From contig JAUCBJ010005206.1 of the NCBI GenBank assembly GCA_032718475.1, forward strand, positions 1-34,883: a stretch of DNA of 34,883 nt, written 5' to 3'. Numbering within the stretch: the stretch's first letter is position 1; every line of letters begins with the position of its first letter. Shown here piece by piece: positions 19,237 to 31,026 of the stretch. A program made the position numbers and the translations under genes. Below the pieces are notes generated by a model that was given only the letters and a program-made list of their open reading frames with translations, was not told the DNA's origin and searched no databases. Source of the DNA: Nemertoderma westbladi (lineage: Eukaryota; Animalia; Xenacoelomorpha).

Positions 19237-22200
19237 CCTCCAACGACCCTGCCCCACCCACTCCTTCAACATCCAACGACCTCGTCCCACCCACTCCTTC
19301 AACCTCGGACAACCCTGCCTCACCCACTCCTTCAACATCCGACAACCCTGCCCCTCTCACACATTTAAACTCAGACGAGCCTGCCCCACTCACTCCTTCG
19401 ACATCCGACAACCCTGCCCCACTCACTCCTTTAAACTCCAATGACCCTGCCCCACCCACTCCTTCGACATCCGACAACCCTGCCCCACTCACTACTTAAA
19501 ACTCCGACAACCCTGCCCCACCCACTCCTTTAAACTCCGACAACCCTGCCCCAGCCACTCCTTTAAACTCCAATGACCCTGCCCCACCCACTCCTTCAAC
19601 ATCCGACAACCCTGCCCCACTCACTCCTTTAAACTCCAATGACCTTGCCCCACCCACTCCTTTAAACTCCGACAACCCTGCCCCAGCCACTTCTTTAAAC
19701 TCCAATGACCCTGCCCCATCCACTCCTTTAAACTCCGACAACCCTGTCCTACTCACTACTTAAAACTCCGACAACCCTGCCCCACCCACTCCTTTAAACT
19801 CCGACAACCCTGCCCCAGCCACTCCTTTAAACTCCAATGACCCTGCCCCATCCACTCCTTTAAACTCCGACAACCCTGTCCTACTGTAAAAGCTTTTGCG
19901 GATATCATAAGCCATTTTTCTCCGCAATATACCGTGTAGGTATTTTAGCGGACATAACAAGCGATTTTTTCCCGCTATGTCTGCATGTGTGCTTTAGCGG
20001 ACATAAAAAGCCAGTTTTACCGCAATGCGCATAATACTCTAAAGACTGGAGCTCAGATGACGACATTTATCAGCTGTGTCCATGTGGAACTTTTTGCGTG
20101 GAGCTTTGGTTCTTTGTTCGGCTCAGCCAATTCAGCCAATCAGAGGGATTTTCATTTTATGTGTGCTTTAGCCTTATGTAAACCGTGGCAGGCGTGTTGG
20201 TGTTAGTGTTGTATTTTTCTAAGCCCAGAACACAGGCTTAGGATTCTTATGTGCTTCTGTAGAAGTTTCAGACTTTGGCCAGAACATTAGATGGCTTTGA
20301 TTATCGAAACGTAAAACTATTACCTGACCAACTACTGAATCAATGCAACGCAACATATCAACACTGCAACACTGCACTACTGCATTCACCGCATTATTTT
20401 ACTGTCTGTTATTAATGTTATGTATGTTGATGGATATATTGTTATATTTGGAGAATACCGATAAAGAATCATAAAACCCCAATCTTCTTGATTACTGAAG
20501 GTTAGAGTAACAGGTTACCGGTAGCAACTGCGACTTACATTAAAGTGGTTTTGTGTGAATTAAATGCTATTTCATAATCCCTACATGTGTCGGTTGCGAT
20601 CCTCCTTATATATGATCAAATTCAGTGACGGTCGGCAGATCAGTTTGAAGTAGTGTGAAGTCGTGTGAGGTAGTGTGACTGGTAATAAAGCATCTCCTAA
20701 AGAATGCGCCTTTTACGAAACTCAGTAGCCATCTAGTTGTGATTAGTATAAGTCATAACTCTGTTTTATATTTAAAGCGCCACGTCCTAAAGGAACTGTT
20801 AATATTTCCCCTAAAGTGAATATATTGTCAGAGATTATAGTAATGATCAATCGAATAATACAGTAGGTCTACAACGCAATAATAAGTCAAAGCATCCGAA
20901 TCCAGTCTCCCTTAACAGTGGGTGAATGGTCGCGCATAGACTGGCTTCGGCTAATGTTATTTCAGTGTAATCAATAATTGTTATTGGCTAAAGTCGATTT
21001 ATAACCTAGAAGACACCTAAATTTGGCAGGTTAAACTGCTAAAGGTCTAAAAGCGCGAACAACTACTCACTCCTTCAACCTCCGACAACCCTGCCCCACC
21101 CACTCCTTCAACCTCCGACAACCCTGCCCCACCCACTCCTTCAACCTCCGACAACCCTGCCCCACCCACTCCTTCAACCTCCGACAACCCTGCCCCACCC
21201 ACTCCTTCAACCTCCGACAACCCTGCCCCACCCACTCCTTCAACCTCCAACGACCCTGCCCCACCCACTCCTTCAACCTCCGACAACCCTGCCCCACCCA
21301 CTCCTTCAACCTCCGACAACCCTGCCCCACCCACTCCTTCAACCTCCGACAACCCTGCCCCACCCACTCCTTTAAAATCCAATGACCCTGCCCCACCCAC
21401 TCCTTTAAACTCCGACAACCCAGCCCCACCCACTCCTTCAACCTCCGACAACCCTGCCCCACCCACTCCTTCAACCTCCAACGACCCTGCCCCACCCACT
21501 CCTTTAAACTCCAATGACCCTGCCCACCCACTCCTTCAACCTCCAACGAGCCTGCCTCACTCACTCCTTCAACCACCGACAACCCTGCCCCACCCACTCC
21601 TTCAACCTCCGACAACCCTGCCCCACCCACTCCTTCAACCTCCGACAACCCTGCCCCACCCACTCCTTCAACCTCCAACGACCCTGCCCCACCCACTCCT
21701 TTAAAATCCAATGGCCCTGCCCCACCCACTCCTTTAAACTCCGACAACCCAGCCCCACCCACTCCTTCAACCTCCGACAACCCTGCCCCACCCACTCCTT
21801 CAACCTCCAACGACCCTGCCCCACCCACTCCTTTAAACTCCAATGACCCTGCCCACCCACTCCTTCAACCTCCAACGAGCCTGCCTCACTCACTCCTTCA
21901 ACCACCGACAACCCTGCCCCACCCACTCCTTCAACCTCCGACAACCCTGCCCCACCCACTCCTTCAACCTCCGACAACCCTGCCCCACCCACTCCTTCAA
22001 CCTCCAACGACCCTGCCCCACCCACTCCTTTAAAATCCAATGGCCCTGCCCCACCCACTCCTTTAAACTCCGACAACCCAGCCCCACCCACTCCTTCAAC
22101 CTCCGACAACCCTGCCCCACCCACTCCTTCAACCTCCAACGACCCTGCCCCACCCACTCCTTTAAACTCCAATGACCCTGCCCACCCACTCCTTCAACCT

Positions 22201-24262
22201 CCAACGAGCCTGCCTCACTCACTCCTTCAACCTCCGACAACCCTGCCCCACCCACTCCTTCAACCTCCGACAACCCTGCCCCACCCACTCCTTCAACCTC
22301 CAACGACCCTGCCCCACCCACTCCTTCAACCTCCGACAACCCTGCCCCACCCACTCCTTCAACCTCCGACAACCCTGCCCCACCCACTCCTTCAACCTCC
22401 GACAACCCTGCCCCACCCACTCCTTCAACCTCCAACGACCCTGCCCCACCCACTCCTTCAACCTCCGACAACCCTGCCCCACCCACTCCTTCAACCTCCG
22501 ACAACCCTGCCCCACCCACTCCTTCAACCTCCGACAACCCTGCCCCACCCACTCCTTCAACCTCCAACGACCCTGCCCCACCCACTCCTTTAAAATCCAA
22601 TGACCCTGCCCCACCCACTCCTTTAAACTCCGACAACCCAGCCCCACCCACTCCTTCAACCTCCGACAACCCTGCCCCACCCACTCCTTCAACCTCCAAC
22701 GACCCTGCCCCACCCACTCCTTTAAACTCCAATGACCCTGCCCACCCACTCCTTCAACCTCCAACGAGCCTGCCTCACTCACTCCTTCAATCTCCGACAA
22801 CCCTGCCCCACCCACTCCTTCAACCTCCAACGACCCTGCCCCACCCACTCCTTTAAACTCCAATGACCCTGCCCACCCACTCCTTCAACCTCCAACGACC
22901 CTGCCCCACCCACTCCTTCAACCTTCAACGACCCTGCCCCACCCACTCCTTCAACCTCCGACAACCCTGCCCCACCCACTCCTTTAAACTCCGACAACCC
23001 AGCCCCACCCACTCCTTCAACCTCCGACAACCCTGCCCCACCCACTCCTTCAACCTCCGACAACCCTGCCCCACCCACTCCTTCAACCTCCAACGACCCT
23101 GCCCCACCCACTCCTTCAACCTCCGACAACCCTGCCCCACCCACTCCTTCAACCTCCGACAACCCTGCCCCACCCACTCCTTCAACCTCCGACAACCCTG
23201 CCCCACCCACTCCTTCAACCTCCAACGACCCTGCCCCACCCACTCCTTTAAAATCCAATGACCCTGCCCCACCCACTCCTTTAAACTCCGACAACCCAGC
23301 CCCACCCACTCCTTCAACCTCCGACAACCCTGCCCCACCCACTCCTTCAACCTCCAACGACCCTGCCCCACCCACTCCTTTAAACTCCAATGACCCTGCC
23401 CACCCACTCCTTCAACCTCCAACGAGCCTGCTTCACTCACTCCTTCAACCTCCGACAACCCTGCCCCACCCACTCCTTCAACCTCCAACGACCCTGCCCC
23501 ACCCACTCCTTTAAACTCCAATGACCCTGCCCACCCACTCCTTCAACCTCCAACGACCCTGCCCCACCCACTCCTTCAACCTTCAACGACCCTGCCCCAC
23601 CCACTCCTTCAACCTCCGACAACCCTGCCCCACCCACTCCTTTAAACTCCGACAACCCAGCCCCACCCACTCCTTCAACCTCCGACAACCCTGCCCCACC
23701 CACTCCTTCAACCTCCGACAACCCTGCCCCACCCACTCCTTCAACCTCCAACGACCCTGCCCCACCCACTCCTTTAAAATCCAATGACCCTGCCCCACCC
23801 ACTCCTTTAAACTCCGACAACCCAGCCCCACCCACTCCTTCAACCTCCGACAACCCTGCCCCACCCACTCCTTCAACCTCCAACGACCCTGCCCCACCCA
23901 CTCCTTTAAACTCCAATGACCCTGCCCACCCACTCCTTCAACCTCCAACGACCCTGCCCCACCCACTCCTTCAACCTTCAACGACCCTGCCCCACCCACT
24001 CCTTCAACCTCCGACAACCCTGCCCCACCCACTCCTTTAAACTCCGACAACCCTGCCCCACTCACTCCCTTAAACTACGACGACCCTGCACCACCCCCTC
24101 CTTTAAACTCTAATGACCCTGCCCTATCCACACCTTCAACCTCCGACAACCCGGCCCCACTCACTCTTTTAAACTCCGACAACCCTGCCCCACCCACTCC
24201 TTCAACCTCCGACTACCCTGCCCCACCCACTCCTTCAACCTCCGACAACCTGCCCCACTCAC
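19237..24262. repeat. 33-bp C-rich minisatellite, about 115 units, with higher-order repeats; interrupted by a solo LTR
   Basis: Consensus CACTCCTTCAACCTCCGACAACCCTGCCCCACC with a small set of recurrent variants; about 20 units left of the LTR and about 97 right of it. Confidence 0.97.
19885..21061 (+). mobile_element. Solo LTR (1177 bp), diverged relative of the 3886/15057 LTRs, opposite orientation
   Basis: Starts TGTAAAAGCTTTTGCGGATAT and ends AAATTTGGCAGGTTAAACTGCTAAAGGTCTAAAAGCGCGAACA, colinear with the reverse complement of 3886-5056. Flanks CCTAC / ACTAC form a 5-bp TSD with one mismatch, inside a repeat unit that reads CCTGTCCTACTCAC when uninterrupted (19743). Confidence 0.92.
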
Positions 24263-24269
24263 AAACTAG

Positions 24270-24480
24270 ATTTCATTAAAATTGAAAACTGACCTCAAAA
24301 ATGAAATCAGCGATCAGGAAAACCCCCATAGCAAAATTCTTAGCATGGTTTTATGCTTTCTTGTTGATAGATATATAGTGACAGACTTTCTCACTTATTA
24401 ACAGACAATTTTGACGCGGGAAGATTCAAAAAATAAGGGCAATTATCTCGGAATGGTATTTTTTTGCATAAAAATAGCTT
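24270..24480 (-). repeat. Fragment of the dispersed element at ~29990-30480 (inverted)
   Basis: TTGAAAACTGACCTCAAAATGAAATCAGCGATCAGGAAAACCCC and TTTTGACGCGGGAAGATTCAAA match the reverse complement of 30096-30143 and 30007-30030. Confidence 0.6.
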
Positions 24481-25171
24481 CAGACAATTCAATTTTCAAT
24501 AAATTTTCAAAAATTTTACTCCGAGGGGTTCTCTGATGTGCTCTCCTCAGATATCTCGACCTCGAATTCTGATTGTTTTATTCCATTATGGAAATAAATG
24601 GCCAAAATTGAATATAATATTGATAATTTTTAATTTGTCAAAATTAAACAATAAACAAAACCAAAAACAGCACCAAAATGACAATTGCTAATTAATTTTC
24701 GAAATTTTGCTTCGAGATATCGAAAGAGCATACAAACATTTTTGATGCGATTTGAAAAATTAGAAAGAAAAATACTCAAAATTAAATCTGCTGAAGGTTT
24801 TTGGATCTTTATCCAAAAATTTGTCAATATTTTTCCAAATTTTTGAAAAATTTGAATTTGAATTTTTTATTTTTATTCATAATTACAAATTTTCCATTGG
24901 CCTTCATACAAAGTTATTGTCGTTTCTGACAATGAGAAGTTGCTCTAACAAGGCAATATAAAAATTATGTCCATGTAGCGCTACCGGGGCCTTAAAATAA
25001 TACCTAGGCCAACGTATCGTATGTTTTCATTCTTATGTATTTAGTACTAAAGAATTTAAGTTGCTTAGTACCCTATCCTACTTGATATGTTCATGCAATC
25101 ATATGTATTCAAAAATATACATTACATACGTGTACGGATTACACAGGATTACGTTGTACCTGATTCATACC

Positions 25172-26161
25172 GGGGACAATTGCATGAATACACAACGACA
25201 AACCGGGGACGATTAACAATCCGGGGACGTCTCCGGAATGAATTGGTAGCTAAAATGAAATCTACATCAATAATCTACATCAACATCAATAATCTACATC
25301 AACATCATTTTTTCTCCATATTCAGTACGAAATAAATGAATCGCTTATTAAAATATAAATTTTAGAAATGAAATAATACATGCATTGTTTTCTTCTTATA
25401 TATTAAGCAATTCAGAATTAAAGCATTTAATTATATTATCTGACTGTATTAATGTTACGAACATCATGTAGTCAATATTATACCTACAATTATTAGGCGC
25501 TATGCTGCGAAATTAAAGAATGTTTCTTAGGTTTAGTTAATTATTTATTTCAAGTTCATTGGTTATTTTGATTATTATCACAAATAGCAATAAAAATATT
25601 AAAATATTTAGTTAAAATTGGTAGCAAAAAGGAAATCTACGTATTGTTTCCTCACATCAAAATCATATTGCCGTGTTAGTTACGAATACAAGGATTTTAA
25701 GATTATGGCTGCCCATTGAACCCTTTCTATTTCTCAAGAATATTCCAGAACATTATTTGTTATCCAATCACATATCGTCTGACACGGCAGCACATTGTTT
25801 AATGTTTAACATTCGGTAGAGTTAATGATTGTGTAAACTCTACCTGAAATGTGCTCAATCACACTGGGGACCGGGTCGTGATTGGACAAAAACTTAAACA
25901 CACCAGTGAAATGTGTATGTATGATGTCCCCACTTCAACCCATGAGTAACAAATAAGCAATCTTTAGAGTTGATAAATTTTGAAACAATAGAATGACGTA
26001 AAATGGTCTCCTGAGTCTATTGGTGCCAAAATAATTTAATTTAAACCAAGAATAAAGAAGTTATAAGGAAATCAATATCGACCCCAGAACCGACCGATAG
26101 AAATAACGGTCCCCAGAATGGGGGTTGTACAAAGAGGGGTGTGTGTGTGTGTGTGGTGTGT
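25172..26161. repeat. GGGGAC-rich element segment ending in a GT microsatellite
   Basis: 25172-25265 is a near copy of 16377-16470. Further motifs at about 25866, 25926 and 26109, then (GT)n at 26139-26161. Confidence 0.45.
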
Positions 26162-26384
26162 CAATTTAAATCGAACAAAAAGGCAGAACATAATTTTCGA
26201 AGCAGTAAAAAATATACACCTTTTTACTAGGGGTTGGTGGCCGTTAGGGCGAAAAATCGAATGCTAGACTGCTAAAATAAGTCTGATCACCCCTATGTAC
26301 ATACTGTAGGTCTAATACTCACAAATGTTGAATTTGTGTTGAATTATTTATTATTTTTATCATTATTTTAATAAATTTCAATCC

Positions 26385-27273
26385 ATGGAACGGTGTCAAA
26401 CAGGTGTCCGTTCTGTCACCGTGGCCTTTTAACTATTATATAAAAGAGGCACTAGAGAAGCTAAAGGAAGCTGGATTTGGTTGCAGTATCGGGGATACTA
26501 GGTTAGGAGTAATCAACTATGCGGATGATTTACTGCTACTAGCGACATGTGGCGATGGAATAGAGCACATGATGAATATTCTGGAGCAGAAACGTTCTAA
26601 GTTGGGACTGGCCGTGAGTGCAGCGTAGACTGCCTGGACAGCGATTGGGTCAGTAAGAATGAAGTTGGTGTCCTTTCCTCATACATTGAAAATTCTTGGA
26701 ATAGATGTCCGGATGTCTGAGACTCTATCCTTCCTCTGATACAAGTTGAATCATAAGAGGTTACACGCTCTTGATGAGTGTACTCGCAAGATATCGGCTA
26801 TTGATGGGATCTTTCATCAGAGGGGTTGGACCAGGGAACACACTGTAGAAACTCTAAGTTGGCTATTGAACATGGTTGCCCTGGGTGCCTTGGATTCTTT
26901 ATGGGATGGAGTTCTACTTGGGTGGATTCCGTCAGGTTGTCCTGATCTCACTAGATGGTCACTGCGCAGAAGAGTCATTCGAGGTCTTCTTTACTGCAAC
27001 AACTATGTGTCATCAGCTGTGCTGCGTCTGTTGTTTGGGTCACAGTCAATTAGCGAATCAACGTTCACCCGATGCCTTGGACTGATCTCGATAATTAAAT
27101 CATGTCCTAAATCAGTGGTGCAGTGGGGCCTCCGCTATCTCATTGCAACCAACTCATCTGGATCCCAGGGCAGAATGTCGATTAGCCTTGGTAGCGCATA
27201 TGAGAATGCCAGGCAAGTCGCAGCCAACTCAACGGTGTTCAACTTCCTGAATTTATCGGTATACGAAATATGA
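26385..27273 (+). pseudogene. Decayed, 5'-truncated non-LTR RT fragment (clade uncertain: L2/CR1/RTE-X-like)
   Basis: NGVKQVSVLSPWPFNYYI...GCSIG...INYADDLLLLA...LGLAVSAA* covers RT motifs 4-6, with stops at 26628 and ~26740 and a continuing ORF at 26746-27273. Confidence 0.8.
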
Positions 27274-27695
27274 GCATGCATCCCGCATCTCTGTGGACTC
27301 ATGTTCAATCGATGATTTACTAGACTGTCAATTCATAAAGGGATTGTTATGGGATCAATGGACTGACTATCCAAAATAAGCTCAGGCTTGTGCAAAAGAA
27401 GTTCGGACACCATTAAGAATGCCATTAAGGACACCATCAAGGATGTAAATTGGTGCTACAAAAATATATTTGGTGCTAAATAAGCTATCTGGGTGTCAAA
27501 TCATCTATTAGTGTCGTAATTAATATACTAGACTACCATTTCACAAATTTATACATAATATTCTATAATATTCTCAAATGAATTCTATACACCACGTCCT
27601 GTCTATATTTTTGCGGTGTGAGTCATCTACGTAACTTTGTCAATATGGTTGGAATTGGCCCATATTAATAAAGTATTAGGCAGGTAACACTTTAA

Positions 27696-27760
27696 GCCCA
27701 ACACAAGAGTTATCCTGCACGAAGGCCCAACACAAGAGTTATCCTGCACGAAGGCCCAAC
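27696..27760. repeat. 29-bp tandem duplication
   Basis: GCCCAACACAAGAGTTATCCTGCACGAAG twice plus a partial third copy. Confidence 0.85.
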
Positions 27761-28245
27761 TCGTGTTTTTGTGTCCAACTAAATTTAAGTTAGGGTTTTT
27801 TTTATGCATTATGTGAGCGGGTTAATGCCAGTCAGTAATTCCCCTACTATAATATTAATTATAACTATTACTGTGTAACTGTATTAACGGCTTATAGTTT
27901 AATCACGTGCTTTATAGCGATTTGGAGCCAAAACACAAAAAATTACCCTCCTGTACTCAATACACAGTACTTACTACAATACAGTAGCATAACAAATATC
28001 TTGGCATTATTATATATCAGCATAAAGAAATATTCTGACACTTATTCCTCCTAAAATTGGTTTATTTATTGGTATAAAAGTTTATCCTGATTAACTTACG
28101 ACACATTGTGTAAAATAATACCAAAGTAAATGTTTTACATATGAAATTATATTTAACTCCCTAAAAATTATCGAAATTAATCAAAATCTCATAAAGCAAC
28201 AAACTTTACTTGTAGCTTTGTTATCCAATCCATCAATAACTGAAC

Positions 28246-29302
28246 ATGGCTCATCATGGAATATATAGCGATACAGAAATTAGCATGGAGGAAATTCCAG
28301 CAGGATCACCGGAAGGTGTCTATGACGTCATATCGGATAACGCGATTCCACAACATACGTCACAGAATGTTATAGGACGCAATAACGCCGTTACTGAGAG
28401 ACGAGTTGTTTCAGTTAGGAGATGGTGGGTCGGGGTTGTTGGAGGGATCTTGGTAGTATTGTTAGTAACAGCGCCACTATCAACATTGTTTGTTATGATG
28501 TCTAACAAGAACAATAAAGAATTAAAAGACCAGATTACAATTCAAAATAATCATGTCATGGAAAGTATTGGGGATCTAAAGGAAAGAAATAACGAGTTAG
28601 GGGAAAGTATTGGGGATCTAAAGGAAAGAAATAACGACCTGGAGGACAAGTTGTCGCAGATTCACCCAGAATTCCTTTGTTTAAATACTCAAGTAATACA
28701 CCACCGATTTCGTCAACCATACTAATGGACTAAATGGTGTCATTAGATGCGACAACTCAGTCCCTGGAGGTCCGTGGATAGTAATACAGAGGCGGGTAGA
28801 TGGATCAATAGATTTCTATCGTGGATGGAGCCGGTATACTACGGGATTTGGTCTTGTGGAGAGCGAGTTTTTTCTAGGTTTGGATAACATCCACAAACTT
28901 ACCAAAGACGGAGTCAAACTGAGGATCGATCTTTGGTACCAAGGAGAACACAAGTACGCCGAGTATAATAACTTCAGTATCGGTGATTCTAATAGTAATT
29001 ACAGGCTACAGATATCCGGATACAGTGGTACAGCTGGTGATTCGATACTTAACGGGAGTCCCGGTGGGCCTAACTACCTCGATGGACAACCGTTCTCCAC
29101 TAAGGACAGCGACAACGATGCTACTTCCGCCATTAACTGCGCCGACTTCCGCAAAGGGGCTTGGTGGTATCGGGTGTGCAGCCACTCCAATCTAAACGGC
29201 GTCTACGGTAGGGCGGGTACGGTGGGACCTTATTGGTACACATTCACTGACCCTGAGAGATTAGTACCGATGGAGAAAATAGAAATGAAGATCAGAGTTT
29301 AG
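28246..29302 (+). CDS. Intronless type II membrane fibrinogen-related protein (FReD/FBG domain; FIBCD1/ficolin/tachylectin-like), with a +1 frameshift near 28695
   Basis: Cytoplasmic N-terminus, TM helix WWVGVVGGILVVLLVTAPLSTLFVMM and coiled coil (ESIGDLKERNN x2). The next frame gives YTTDFVNHTNGLNGVIRCDNSVPGGPWIVIQRRVDGSIDFYRGWSRYTTGFG..EFFLGLDNIH..LRIDL..YSGTAGDS..FSTKDSDND..NCA..GAWWYRVCSHSNLNG..EMKIR. Removing one base gives about 351 aa. AATAAA at ~29450. Confidence 0.88.
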
Positions 29303-29989
29303 CGAATTTACTATTGTTAACTATTAACTATATTATTATTATTATTAAGTTTTAATTTGCCATATAGATAGCATAGATTATATATAGAGACCCACAACAC
29401 TTAGTACAATATTTAAGAAATGTATATAATTATAATATAATTATTATTAAATAAAATTTTGCATGACGCAATGTTTTGATGACCACTATCGTTTCCCGCT
29501 GATCCCATGTCTGTCCATAGAATGGTGGCTCGAAAAATAGTTATAAACAAAAAAACGCCATAGGCCCAATGATAAAACTCCAGCTGGAGCACATGAAAAA
29601 TAGATAGAGAGGGATATCAATACAAACTACTGTCTCAGTACACTTTTAGAACGCATCAGATTACTTTATAGGCCAACTGTTCTTGCATTCCAACCAGAAA
29701 TTAACGGGCTTTCAGGTAGACCAATTGGTTTTTTGAATTTCAATTTTTTTTCATATAATTAGCTTATTTTTTTAAAAATTGTCCTAATTTTCAAAAAATT
29801 TAGCCAAATAAATAGTATCACAAACAACATTACAATCTCAGTTCGGTACTTATTTTTACATAATATAAAATAAACTAATTGGTTTACGTTATTCTATTGT
29901 AAAAAATGTTCCTAGTGAGACATTTTAACTCTATAACTCAAATGGCAGCTGAGAAACATGTACCGAAAAAATTCTAAAAACTCATTTTG

Positions 29990-30480
29990 AGAAAAATTAT
30001 GTTAAAATTTGAACCTTCCCGCGCAAAAACTGTCAGTTATTATGAAATAACGTTTGTCAATATATACCTAGCAATCTAGTTAAAAGTTTAACTCGCGGGG
30101 TTTTCCTGGTCGCGGAATTCATTTCGAGTGACAGTTTCAACATTTGATGACCTCCAAATTGTCTGTTTGGCAGTCAGTCTGTCGGTTATATTTTTACGTA
30201 CAGACTTACAGGCATACAGACAGAAACGACGAGGCCAAATTTGAATACATATCAGAAATGAAGTCAACCCATATAACGAAAACCCATACAGGGAATTATT
30301 CTAGGCAGATAATTTACTTTTTATTGACGGACAGACATACTGGCGGACAAACCGACAGTCAATCGGTCAGACAGCCATATATTGAGAAGTAAGACAGATC
30401 TGGCTAAATTTGGAATCTTGATAAAAATCTGCTCTAGATGAGACAGAAAATAAATTTGAGTGCCTGTACTACTCCCCTTA
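29990..30480 (+). mobile_element. Dispersed non-coding element with degenerate (ACAG)n/(GTCT)n tracts; possibly DINE-1/Helentron-associated type
   Basis: GTCTG/CAGAC-rich tracts at 30160-30400 and an inverted second copy at 24270-24480. The family assignment is only resemblance; termini are not defined. Confidence 0.35.
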
Positions 30481-30786
30481 ACGTTGAATTTAATTGAACA
30501 AAAAGGTCGGCTTCTTTACCTATTTATTAGTAGTTGCAACCCATAGACAGTGTTAGATAAGAGCCACAGATCGTCAGCATCATAAGTTATTTGGGTTTAC
30601 TATTAATTACACAACCATAACCTGATCTATTTAAAGCTTTGATTAAATCATCAATGTGGGGCGAGACACGTATGGCGAGCCATCAGCGAACTGATATAAT
30701 TATACTATGGCCGTTTTTTAAAAGTCTGTGTGTGTGTGTGTGCGTGTGACGTGTGTGTGTGTCGGTAGCCATAAATGTCGGAAGCC

Positions 30787-30988
30787 ATAATCGAAGTTAA
30801 TATCTTCAGCTAAATTGTATGGTTGATTCATTTTGAACTCTTGTACATTTTGATTGATTTAATCGATGTTAATTTGATACCAGATGGGATAAATATTACC
30901 CCCCTAAATAGTTAATTACCGATAGAAGAATCGAAATAATTCGATGACTCAACCATACAATTTAGCTGAAGATATTAACTTCGATTAT
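30787..30988. mobile_element. 202-bp foldback / MITE-like element with 40-bp perfect terminal inverted repeats
   Basis: ATAATCGAAGTTAATATCTTCAGCTAAATTGTATGGTTGA at 30787-30826 and its exact reverse complement at 30949-30988. Confidence 0.8.
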
Positions 30989-31026
30989 ATTACAGGAACA
31001 CAACGTAACTAGGTAGTCTCTATACA

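Noticed and set aside
19237-24262. CRISPR array or repeat-protein gene (many ORFs in the track)
   Set aside because: Units are contiguous with no unique spacers and there are no cas genes. ORFs occur in several frames on both strands, start at non-ATG or repeat-internal codons and are frameshifted by every 32-bp unit, as expected from a 33-bp period.
26204-26230. Helitron 3' end (hairpin AGTAAAAA...TTTTTACT followed by CTAG)
   Set aside because: The stem is AT-only and overlaps the CTAG, and no matching 5' end or second copy was seen.
28258-28332. ITAM/ITIM signalling motifs in the fibrinogen-related protein tail (IYSD, VYDVI)
   Set aside because: Spacing and flanking residues do not fit the canonical consensus; only a lone YxxI is present.
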